A stretch of DNA of 38,221 nt from a virus (Duplodnaviria > Heunggongvirae > Uroviricota > Caudoviricetes), in the IMG/VR virus record IMGVR_UViG_2585427971_000006; one strand, written 5' to 3'. The notes beneath the pieces were generated by a model. The model did not search any database, was not told the DNA's origin, and was given only the letters and a program-made list of their open reading frames with translations. The position numbers were made by a program, and so were the translations under genes. This document shows positions 14,516 through 22,358 of this stretch, in pieces (position 1 is the stretch's first letter; each line of letters begins with the position of its first letter).

Positions 14516-16272
14516 TGGCAAAAGTGGCTGACGGGATCCGCTACGCCGAACGTGTTGTTGCAGGAGAAATTGTTGCTGGCGAATTTGTCCGCCTGGCCTG
14601 CCAGCGTTTTCTTGATGATCTGAAGTACGGCGAAAAGCGGGGGATTTATTTCAGTGAACCCCGTGCGCAGCACATCCTGAATTTCTACAAATTTGTGCCT
14701 CATGTAAAAGGGGCACTGGCAGGCCAGCCCATTGAGTTGATGGACTGGCATGTATTTATCCTCATTAATATTTTTGGTTTTGTCATTCCGCTGGTCAATG
14801 AAGAAACCGGGGAAGTTGTCATGCGCAGCGATGGCAGCGGACGTCCGGTGATGGTGCGCCGGTTCCGGACGGCGTACAACGAAGTCGCCCGTAAAAACGC
14901 AAAATCAACCCTGTCATCGGGTATCGGCCTGTATATGACGGGGGCAGATAGTGAAGGCGGAGCTGAGGTGTATTCAGCCGCAACCACGCGTGACCAGGCC
15001 AGAATCGTGTTTGAAGACGCCAAAAATATGGTCAGAAAAGCCCGGTCGACACTCGGGCGGTTGTTTGATTTCAACAAGCTGGCGATTTACCAGGAGCAGA
15101 GCGCATCAAAATTTGAACCGCTTTCCTCGGATGCAAACAACCTGGACGGTCTGAACATCCACTGCGCCATTATTGATGAGCTGCATGCACATAAAACCCG
15201 CGACGTGTGGGACGTTCTGGAAACGGCAACCGGTGCCCGTCTGCAGTCCCTGTTATTTGGTATCACCACGGCTGGCTTTAACAAGGAAGGGATTTGTTAC
15301 GAGCAGCGTGATTACGCCATCAAGGTATTGCGAGGCTATAACAGCGACGTGGAGGGCGCTGTAAAAGACGACTCTTACTTTGCGATCATTTACACGCTTG
15401 ATGAGGGAGATGATCCGTTTGATGAAACGGTCTGGCAGAAAGCGAATCCTGGCCTGGGCATCTGTAAACGCTGGGATGATCTGCGTCGTCTGGCGAAAAA
15501 AGCGAAGGAGCAGGTCTCTGCGCGGGTGAATTTTTTTACCAAACACATGAATGTGTGGGTCACTGCCGAATCTGCCTGGATGGATATGATTAAGTGGGAG
15601 AAGTGCGAATACATTGCTCCACAACATGAGCTGAAAACATATCCCATGTGGGTCGGCGTCGACCTTGCTCATAAGATTGATATCTGTGCGGCGGCAAAAC
15701 TCTGGCGAACCGATAACGGACATGTTCATGCTGATTTTAAATTCTGGCTTCCGGAAGGACGGCTGGAACGATGCTCGCGGCAGCAGGCAGAACTTTACCG
15801 GAAGTGGGCGGAGATGGATAAGCTCATCCTGACGGATGGTGATGTTATCGATCATGCTCAGATAAAAAGTGACTTACTGGAATGGATTGGCGGTGAAAAC
15901 CTCAGGGAACTGGGATTTGACCCGTGGAGCGCAATGCAGTTCAGTCTGGCACTGGCTGAAGAAGGGATACCGCTGGTGGAGGTTCCGCAGACGGTCCGCA
16001 ATCTGTCAGAGGCCATGAAGGAAACGGAATCACTGGTTTATGCCGGGCGTTTCCATCACAGCAATCATCCGGTCATGAACTGGATGATGTCTAACGTTAC
16101 TGTAAAACCGGACAAAAACGACAACATCTTCCCGAATAAATCCACGCCGGAAGCCAAAATCGACGGCCCTGTTGCGCTTTTTACAGCCATGAGCCGCTTT
16201 CTGGTAAATGGCGGGGGCGTGAATGACTTTCTGTCCACGCTTGATCCTGATGAGGACCTGTTAATTCTGTGA
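14515..16272 (+). CDS. terminase large subunit (585 aa)
   Basis: Walker A-like VARKNAKSTL, EVYSAATTRDQARIVFEDA segment, nuclease-type C-terminal half; HK97-like order TerS-TerL-portal. Confidence 0.85.
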   Translation: MAKVADGIRYAERVVAGEIVAGEFVRLACQRFLDDLKYGEKRGIYFSEPRAQHILNFYKFVPHVKGALAGQPIELMDWHVFILINIFGFVIPLVNEETGEVVMRSDGSGRPVMVRRFRTAYNEVARKNAKSTLSSGIGLYMTGADSEGGAEVYSAATTRDQARIVFEDAKNMVRKARSTLGRLFDFNKLAIYQEQSASKFEPLSSDANNLDGLNIHCAIIDELHAHKTRDVWDVLETATGARLQSLLFGITTAGFNKEGICYEQRDYAIKVLRGYNSDVEGAVKDDSYFAIIYTLDEGDDPFDETVWQKANPGLGICKRWDDLRRLAKKAKEQVSARVNFFTKHMNVWVTAESAWMDMIKWEKCEYIAPQHELKTYPMWVGVDLAHKIDICAAAKLWRTDNGHVHADFKFWLPEGRLERCSRQQAELYRKWAEMDKLILTDGDVIDHAQIKSDLLEWIGGENLRELGFDPWSAMQFSLALAEEGIPLVEVPQTVRNLSEAMKETESLVYAGRFHHSNHPVMNWMMSNVTVKPDKNDNIFPNKSTPEAKIDGPVALFTAMSRFLVNGGGVNDFLSTLDPDEDLLIL

Positions 16273-16289
16273 AACAGCTTATTACTGAT

Positions 16290-16430
16290 ATGACCGGGCT
16301 GATCGGTTTCGGTCTGCTCACTGCTGGCGTTTATCTGTATGCAGGTCTGCCAGCGTCTCTGATGCTGTCTGGCTGTTTGTTGCTGCTTTATGCACTGGTG
16401 GTGTCCATGAGGAGAAAACATGCTTCTTGA
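16290..16430 (+). CDS. small hydrophobic protein between terminase and portal (46 aa from ATG 16290, or 53 aa from GTG 16269), absent from the ORF track
   Basis: Manual translation MTGLIGFGLLTAGVYLYAGLPASLMLSGCLLLLYALVVSMRRKHAS; fills the gap between the TerL stop (16272) and the portal start (16420), overlapping the portal start by 11 nt. Confidence 0.35.
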   Translation: MTGLIGFGLLTAGVYLYAGLPASLMLSGCLLLLYALVVSMRRKHAS

Positions 16431-17646
16431 TGCTCTGTTTCGCAGTGAGCCTCTGGAAAATCCCTCGGTTCCGGTAACCGGAGAGGCCGCAGAGACGGAT
16501 AATATTTTTGCCCGGGATGTGTATGTCAGTCCGGAAACGTCCATGAGGCTGGCTGCTGTCTATGCCTGTATTTATGTTATTTCATCCAGTGTGGCTCAGA
16601 TGCCCCTGCATGTGATGCGAAAAACGAATGAGCATGTTCAGCCGGCACGCGATCACCCGTTGTTCTGGCTCGTTCATGATGAACCGAATGCCTGGCAGAC
16701 CAGCTATAAGTGGCGGGAACTGAAGCAGCGTCATGTGCTGGGGTGGGGCAATGGTTATACGTGGGTGAAACGTAATCGTCGTGGCGAGGTTACCAGTCTT
16801 GAATGCTGTATGCCATGGGAAACCACGTTACTTAACACCGGAGGGCGTCATACCTACGGTGTGTATAACGAAGAGGGTGCATTTGCGGTAAGTCCGGACG
16901 ACATGATCCATATCAGGGCGCTGGGAAACAATCAGAAAATGGGACTGAGTCCGATCATGCAGCATGCTGAAACCATTGGTATGGGAATGAGTGGTCAGCA
17001 GTATACCAGTGCTTTTTTTAACGGTAATGCCCGTCCTGCCGGGATTATTTCTGTGAAAAATGAACTGAACGAACAGAGTTGGAGCAGGCTCAAGAATATG
17101 TGGCAGCGGGCGGTGACAGCGCTTCGCAGCCAGGAAAATAAAACCATGTTGCTGCCTGCGCAACTGGATTACCGCGCTCTGACAGTTTCTCCGGTGGATG
17201 CTCAGATCATTGATATGACCAAGCTGAACCGGTCGATGATTGCCGGGATTTTTAATGTCCCGGCGCACATGATTAATGACCTGGAAAAAGCCACATTTTC
17301 GAATATTACGCAGCAGGCGATTCAGTTTGTTCGCTACACGATGATGCCCTGGGTTGCGAACTGGGAGCAGGAGCTTAACCGTCGCCTGTTTACCCGTACA
17401 GAACGGGCTGCCGGGTATTACGTTCGTTTCAACCTCACGGGGTTGCTCCGTGGGACCCCACAGGAGCGTGCGCAGTTCTATCACTTTGCCATTACAGATG
17501 GCTGGATGAGTCGGAATGAAGCCAGGGCATTTGAGGATATGAACCCGGTTGACGGTCTGGATGAAATGCTGGTCAGCGTAAATGCAGCAAATCCGTTGAA
17601 TAACTTTAAAGATACGAAAGGCAAAGAGGAAAAGAACGATGAATGA
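16420..17646 (+). CDS. portal protein (HK97-type, 408 aa)
   Basis: Position after TerL, size and portal-like sequence; overlaps the protease start. Confidence 0.85.
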   Translation: MLLDALFRSEPLENPSVPVTGEAAETDNIFARDVYVSPETSMRLAAVYACIYVISSSVAQMPLHVMRKTNEHVQPARDHPLFWLVHDEPNAWQTSYKWRELKQRHVLGWGNGYTWVKRNRRGEVTSLECCMPWETTLLNTGGRHTYGVYNEEGAFAVSPDDMIHIRALGNNQKMGLSPIMQHAETIGMGMSGQQYTSAFFNGNARPAGIISVKNELNEQSWSRLKNMWQRAVTALRSQENKTMLLPAQLDYRALTVSPVDAQIIDMTKLNRSMIAGIFNVPAHMINDLEKATFSNITQQAIQFVRYTMMPWVANWEQELNRRLFTRTERAAGYYVRFNLTGLLRGTPQERAQFYHFAITDGWMSRNEARAFEDMNPVDGLDEMLVSVNAANPLNNFKDTKGKEEKNDE

Positions 17647-18238
17647 CCGTGAAACGCGCTGTTACAGCGGGGAGGTGCGGGCGGAACAATATGATAATGC
17701 CCCGACCCACATTCTGGGCTATGGCTCGGTATTTAACAGTCGTTCAGAACCTCTGTGGGGATTTCGTGAAATCATCAAGCCGGGGGCTTTTGATGATGTA
17801 CTGAATGATGATGTACGTGGCTTGTTTAATCATGATCCTAATTTCATTCTCGGACGAAGTTCTGCCGGCACGTTGTCATTGTCGGTGGATGAACGCGGTT
17901 TACGTTATGACATTGTTGCACCGGATACTCCGACTATTTGTGACCTGGTGCTATCTCCAATGTTGCGTGGTGACATTAATCAGTCCTCGTTCGCGTTTCG
18001 TGTCGCCCGTGACGGAGAGAGCTGGTATGAAGACGACGAGGGGATTGTTATCCGGGAAATCACGCGCATTTCTCGTCTGTATGACGTCAGCCCGGTGACA
18101 TATCCGGCCTATCAGGACGCAGACTCTGGTGTCCGCTCAATGAAAGCCTGGCAGGAAGCGCGGGCGAGTGGTGCGCTGAAGAAAGCTGTTAACGAACGAA
18201 TGGCGCGTGAGCGTCTTTTGACCCTTCTTAATGCATAA
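17639..18238 (+). CDS. prohead maturation protease (HK97-type, 199 aa)
   Basis: Position between portal and capsid genes; HK97-protease-like sequence from memory. Confidence 0.8.
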   Translation: MNDRETRCYSGEVRAEQYDNAPTHILGYGSVFNSRSEPLWGFREIIKPGAFDDVLNDDVRGLFNHDPNFILGRSSAGTLSLSVDERGLRYDIVAPDTPTICDLVLSPMLRGDINQSSFAFRVARDGESWYEDDEGIVIREITRISRLYDVSPVTYPAYQDADSGVRSMKAWQEARASGALKKAVNERMARERLLTLLNA

Positions 18239-18252
18239 GGATACTACTGACG

Positions 18253-18546
18253 ATGAAACTTCATGAGATGAAGCAAAAACGAAACACCATTGCAAAGGAT
18301 ATGCGTGCACTGCATGAAAAAATTGGTGATAACGCATGGACTGATGAGCAACGGGCAGAGTGGAACAGGGCGAAAGCTGAGCTGGATGCGCTGGATGAGC
18401 AAATCGCCCGTGAAGAAGAGTTGCGCCGTCAGGATCAGGCATATGTGGATGAGTCCGGGCCGGAAGAGCGCCAGAATAATGAGGCGGAGAACGGGAAAAA
18501 GGCGGTGGAAGAGAAGCGCGCTGCGGCATTATCATTGACACCATGA
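18253..18546 (+). CDS. capsid scaffolding / delta-domain-like coiled-coil protein (97 aa)
   Basis: Highly charged coiled-coil-like sequence (DEQRAEWNRAKAELDALDEQIAREEELRRQDQ); stop overlaps the capsid ATG (ATGA at 18543-18546). Confidence 0.6.
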   Translation: MKLHEMKQKRNTIAKDMRALHEKIGDNAWTDEQRAEWNRAKAELDALDEQIAREEELRRQDQAYVDESGPEERQNNEAENGKKAVEEKRAAALSLTP

Positions 18547-19337
18547 AGGCTTATGGCGGGATTGCCAGTGTGGCGCAACTTCTGACCACATCAACCGGGC
18601 AGGATATCACCTGGTCAACGTCTGATGGCACGACTGAAGAGGGCGAACTGCTGGCGGAAAATACAGCCGCAACGGAACAGGATGTGACGTTCGGGACCGC
18701 TATTCTGGGGGCTAAAAAGCTGTCATCAAAAATAATTCGTGTGTCCAATGAGCTGCTCCAGGACAGTGGGGTGGATATTGAATCTTATCTGGCAAACCGT
18801 ATTGCCCAGCGTATTGGTCGTGGAGAGGCAAAATATCTGGTTCAGGGGACCGGAACGGGATCACCGTTACAGCCAAAAGGGCTGGCAGCGTCGGTGACGG
18901 GAACCATCCAGACTGTAGCCTCTGCCGCTTTCACCTGGAAAGAAATGAATGCCCTGAAACATGCCATTGATCCGGCATATCGTGGTGGGCCGAAATACCG
19001 CTGGGCATTCAATGATGCCACATTGCAGACTATTGAAGAGATGGAGGATGGACAGAAACGCCCGTTATGGCTGCCGGATATTGCAGGCGGTACGCCGGCT
19101 ACTGTGCTGGGGATCCCTTATGTTATTGATCAGGCTATTGACGGGATTGGTACCGGAAAAAAATTCATTTTCCTGGGGGATTTCAACCGCTTTATCATTC
19201 GCCGCGTTACTTATATGGAACTGAAACGTCTGGTTGAGCGTTATGCTGAGTTTGATCAGGTGGCATTTCTGGCTTTCCATCGTTTTGACTGTGTGCTGGA
19301 AGATGTGGCAGCCATCAAGGCGCTCACTGGCAAATAA
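18543..19337 (+). CDS. major capsid protein (HK97 fold, 264 aa)
   Basis: Follows protease and scaffold-like gene; strong terminator after it; size fits an HK97-fold body without the delta domain. Confidence 0.8.
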   Translation: MKAYGGIASVAQLLTTSTGQDITWSTSDGTTEEGELLAENTAATEQDVTFGTAILGAKKLSSKIIRVSNELLQDSGVDIESYLANRIAQRIGRGEAKYLVQGTGTGSPLQPKGLAASVTGTIQTVASAAFTWKEMNALKHAIDPAYRGGPKYRWAFNDATLQTIEEMEDGQKRPLWLPDIAGGTPATVLGIPYVIDQAIDGIGTGKKFIFLGDFNRFIIRRVTYMELKRLVERYAEFDQVAFLAFHRFDCVLEDVAAIKALTGK

Positions 19338-19357
19338 CCACTCGTTGTTCAGTTACA

Positions 19358-19381
19358 GACCGCGCCGACGCGGTTTTTTTA
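19358..19381 (+). terminator. intrinsic terminator after the capsid gene
   Basis: ACCGCGCCGACGCGGT hairpin followed by TTTTTTTAT. Confidence 0.65.
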
Positions 19382-19413
19382 TGCCCGCACAGTGTTGCGG
19401 GCAGGAGTTTCTG

Positions 19414-19731
19414 ATGGCAGCAATAGTGGAAAAACTCAGGGCGCAGTGCCGTATTGATACAGATGATGCAACTGATGATGAGTTACTGATGCTGTATTTC
19501 CGGGCTGCCTGCCGCAAGGCAGAAAATTTTATCAACCGTAAGCTTTATGAGGAGACGGTGCCGGAAGGTGATCCTGAAGGGGTGCTTATAGCTGATGATG
19601 TTTTGCTGGCGCTCATGTTGCTGGTCGGGCACTGGTACGAAAACCGGGAAAATTCCTCAGATGTCAGCAAGGCACCAGTCCCGTTTGGTTTTTCTTCTCT
19701 GCTGGAGCCTTATCGTTTTATTCCTTTGTAG
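19414..19731 (+). CDS. head-tail connector protein (gp6-like, 105 aa)
   Basis: GCAGGAG RBS before ATG 19414; position after the capsid gene; track ORF starts upstream at 19234 across the terminator. Confidence 0.65.
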   Translation: MAAIVEKLRAQCRIDTDDATDDELLMLYFRAACRKAENFINRKLYEETVPEGDPEGVLIADDVLLALMLLVGHWYENRENSSDVSKAPVPFGFSSLLEPYRFIPL

Positions 19732-19739
19732 GAGGAGAC

Positions 19740-20078
19740 ATGCAGGCGGGCAGATTACGTGATCGCGTAATTATTCTGAATGTCACCACCGCCCGCTCTC
19801 CGTCAGGGCATCCGGTGGAGACGGTGACGGAGGGAGCTACCGTATGGGCAGAAGTTAAGGGTATCAGCGGGAGGGAGATAATCTCAGGCGGAGCAGAAAC
19901 CGCTCAGGCTACGGTCAGAGTCTGGATGAGATTCCGGCGCGATGTGACAGCGACTTCACGTCTGAAAGTGCTGACCGGTGCATTTAAAGGGGCCATTCTG
20001 GGTATAGAAGGTCCACCAATACCGGATGCACGCGCTACCCGGCTTGAAATACTCTGCAGCCTGAAGGGGAATGTGTGA
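19740..20078 (+). CDS. head closure / head-tail adaptor protein (112 aa)
   Basis: GGAGG RBS; position and size in the HK97-like head-tail joining module. Confidence 0.65.
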   Translation: MQAGRLRDRVIILNVTTARSPSGHPVETVTEGATVWAEVKGISGREIISGGAETAQATVRVWMRFRRDVTATSRLKVLTGAFKGAILGIEGPPIPDARATRLEILCSLKGNV

Positions 20079-20524
20079 TGGATTTCAGTCTTGATTTTTC
20101 CGGCCTGGCGGATATTGCACGGGATTTGGAGACGCTCAGCAGGGCAGAAAACAATAAGGTTCTGCGCGATGCCACCCGTGCCGGTGCTGAAGTTATGCGG
20201 GATGCAGTTGTTGAACGTGCGCCGGAGCGAACCGGGAAACTGAAGAAAAATGTGGTTGTTCTCACTCAGCGTTCAAAGCGTCGGGGGGAAATTATCTCGG
20301 GTGTCCACATTCGCGGACGGAACCTGCGAACCGGAAACAGTGATAACAGCATGAAAGCCAGCGATCCCCGAAATGCATTTTACTGGCGCTTTGTGGAGCT
20401 GGGAACGATAAACATGCCCGCGCATCCATTCATTCGCCCGGCTTTCGATACGACAGAGGAACTGGCAGCACGGATTGCCATACAGCGAATGAATCAGGCT
20501 ATTGATGAGGTCTTAAGTAAATGA
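20078..20524 (+). CDS. HK97 gp10-like tail-component protein (148 aa)
   Basis: Overlaps the upstream stop; position; track ORF starts at GTG 20075. Confidence 0.65.
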   Translation: MDFSLDFSGLADIARDLETLSRAENNKVLRDATRAGAEVMRDAVVERAPERTGKLKKNVVVLTQRSKRRGEIISGVHIRGRNLRTGNSDNSMKASDPRNAFYWRFVELGTINMPAHPFIRPAFDTTEELAARIAIQRMNQAIDEVLSK

Positions 20525-20865
20525 GAGAGGCCACACTGTATTCCCTGTTGTCTCAGCTGGCCGGAGGACAGGTTTATCCTTATGTGGTCCCACTGACGGA
20601 GGGAAAGCCTGCGGTATCTCCGCCGTGGCTGGTGTTTTCTGTGGTGTCTGACACGGCATCTGATGTGCTTGATGGGCAGGCTGAATCCAGAATTACCGTG
20701 CAGATCGATGTCTGGGCGACAGTACCTGATGACGCAGATAATATTCGTGAGCAGGCGCTTGATGCGGTAAGAAAACTGGCACCCTCCGTTATTTCTAAAA
20801 CGCAGGGTTATGATCCTGACTCCCGTCTGAGCAGAGCCACGCTTGAATTTCAGGTAATAGCCTGA
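20521..20865 (+). CDS. tail completion / tail terminator-like protein (114 aa)
   Basis: ATGA overlap with upstream gene; position just before the major tail gene. Confidence 0.6.
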   Translation: MREATLYSLLSQLAGGQVYPYVVPLTEGKPAVSPPWLVFSVVSDTASDVLDGQAESRITVQIDVWATVPDDADNIREQALDAVRKLAPSVISKTQGYDPDSRLSRATLEFQVIA

Positions 20866-20884
20866 GGTCATTAATGATTTTACC

Positions 20885-20908
20885 CACCCGCCGCTGGCGG
20901 GTTTTTTT
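20885..20908 (+). terminator. intrinsic terminator before the major tail gene
   Basis: CCCGCCGCTGGCGGG hairpin followed by TTTTTTTATTTT. Confidence 0.6.
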
Positions 20909-20925
20909 ATTTTCAGGAGACGAGT

Positions 20926-21630
20926 ATGTCCTCTAATTTTGAGCGTTCGCAACTGACGAAAATTATGATTTCGTCTGCACCGGTAACAGCAGAAACCCTG
21001 GATTCTGCCAGCTATCTTGGCCTGAGCTGTACAATCAAAGAGGTGCAGTTTACCGCAGGACAAAAGCAGGATATTGATGTCACCACGCTGTGTTCTGTTG
21101 AGCAGGAAAATATTAACGGTCTTGGTGCCGCGTCAGAGATTTCCATGTCAGGCAACTTTTATCTGAATGCTGCCCAGAACGCGTTGCGCAGTGCCTATGA
21201 CAATGACACCACGTATGGCTTTAAAGTTATTTTTCCGTCAGGCAACGGATTTACCTTTATGGCAGAGGTGCGTCAGCATACCTGGTCTGCAGGAACCAAT
21301 GGTGTTGTGGCTGCAACGTTTTCCTTGCGCCTGAAAGGTAAACCTGTGCTGACGACAGAGCCGCTGAAAGTGAAGGCCGATTTAAAAAGCACGCTGCGGG
21401 TTGCTTCCGGAGCGAAACTTGAAATGGCGGTTGAGGCTGCGGGTGGTGTGCCGCCTTATTCTTATGTCTGGAAGAAAGGTGGTTCTCCTGTTTCCGGACA
21501 GACGGCGGCAACGTTCAGTAAGGCATCGGCAGTATCCGGTGATGCGGGTGCATATACCTGCGAGATTTCTGATTCAGCAAGCCCGGTTAACAAAGTGACC
21601 TCCACTTCCTGCACTGTAACCGTCAGTTAA
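20926..21630 (+). CDS. major tail protein with C-terminal Ig-like domain (234 aa)
   Basis: Position before the G/GT chaperone genes; C-terminal segment GGVPPYSYVWKKGGSPVSGQTAATFSKASAVSGDAGAYTCEISD typical of Ig-like decoration domains. Confidence 0.8.
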   Translation: MSSNFERSQLTKIMISSAPVTAETLDSASYLGLSCTIKEVQFTAGQKQDIDVTTLCSVEQENINGLGAASEISMSGNFYLNAAQNALRSAYDNDTTYGFKVIFPSGNGFTFMAEVRQHTWSAGTNGVVAATFSLRLKGKPVLTTEPLKVKADLKSTLRVASGAKLEMAVEAAGGVPPYSYVWKKGGSPVSGQTAATFSKASAVSGDAGAYTCEISDSASPVNKVTSTSCTVTVS

Positions 21631-21644
21631 TGAGGATGGATGTG

Positions 21645-22016
21645 ATGACTAAAAATATCCGTAATCTGGCACTGGCAACGATGTCGGGGTTTCGCCATAA
21701 AACCGTTGATGTGCCTGAATGGGAGGGAGCAACGGTTGTGTTACGGGAACCTTCTGCAGAAGCCTGGTTGCGCTGGCAGGAGATCGTTAAAGCAAAAGAT
21801 GATGAGACACCGTTATCCGTTGCGGAGCGCGCCCGCCGAAATCTGGAGGCAGATGTTGAACTGTTCATTGATGTTCTGTGTGATACCGGACTGCAACCCG
21901 TATTTTCAGAGGATGATCGTGAACAGGTGATTGCCGTGTATGGCCCGGTGCATGCGCGGCTTCTTCGGCAGTCTCTGGAACTGATCAGTGATGCCGGCGA
22001 GGTTAAAAAAAAGTAG
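21645..22016 (+). CDS. tail assembly chaperone G-like (123 aa)
   Basis: GAGGA RBS before ATG 21645; ends 3 nt after an A_AAA_AAG slippery heptamer; followed in the -1 frame by a T-like ORF. Confidence 0.75.
   Translation: MTKNIRNLALATMSGFRHKTVDVPEWEGATVVLREPSAEAWLRWQEIVKAKDDETPLSVAERARRNLEADVELFIDVLCDTGLQPVFSEDDREQVIAVYGPVHARLLRQSLELISDAGEVKKK
22007..22013 (+). promoter_or_regulatory. programmed -1 ribosomal frameshift site A_AAA_AAG (G to GT fusion)
   Basis: Heptamer in the zero frame of the G-like gene 1 codon before its stop; -1 frame is open from 22007 to 22318. Confidence 0.7.
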
Positions 22017-22318
22017 CGCTTCCGGGGATGCGTTTTCTGATGATGCTGGCGCTCAGGATGGGGCGCACATTGTCAGAGTTACGCCGGGAAATGTCCGCAT
22101 CAGAAATCATGATGTGGGCAGAATTTGACAGGTTCAGCCCGCTGGGGGACGAACGGGCTGATATCCGGGCTGCCCAGATTGTTTCAGCTGTTTACGGTGC
22201 GCAGGGGGTCAAAGTGCCACTGAATGATGCGCTTCTTCAGTGGGAGAAGGAGCAGACAGAAGGCGTATCAGATCCATTTGCCGGACTGGAAAACGCGCTT
22301 TTAATAGTGTCTCAGTGA
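22007..22318 (+). CDS. T-like extension of the tail assembly chaperone, expressed as a G-T fusion by -1 frameshift
   Basis: -1 frame relative to G, open from the slippery site; no independent RBS; track reports it from 22028. Confidence 0.65.
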   Translation, partial: KKVALPGMRFLMMLALRMGRTLSELRREMSASEIMMWAEFDRFSPLGDERADIRAAQIVSAVYGAQGVKVPLNDALLQWEKEQTEGVSDPFAGLENALLIVSQ

Positions 22319-22326
22319 GTCAACAT

Positions 22327-22348
22327 AACCGCTTCGGCGGTTTTTTTT
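22327..22348 (+). terminator. hairpin plus U-run between GT and tape-measure genes
   Basis: ACCGCTTCGGCGGT hairpin followed by TTTTTTTT. Confidence 0.5.
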
Positions 22349-22358
22349 CGTCCGGAGA

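Noticed and set aside
15253-17484. Minus-strand ORFs 15253..15855, 16065..16544 and 16828..17484
   Set aside because: Antisense within the terminase and portal genes; no independent support
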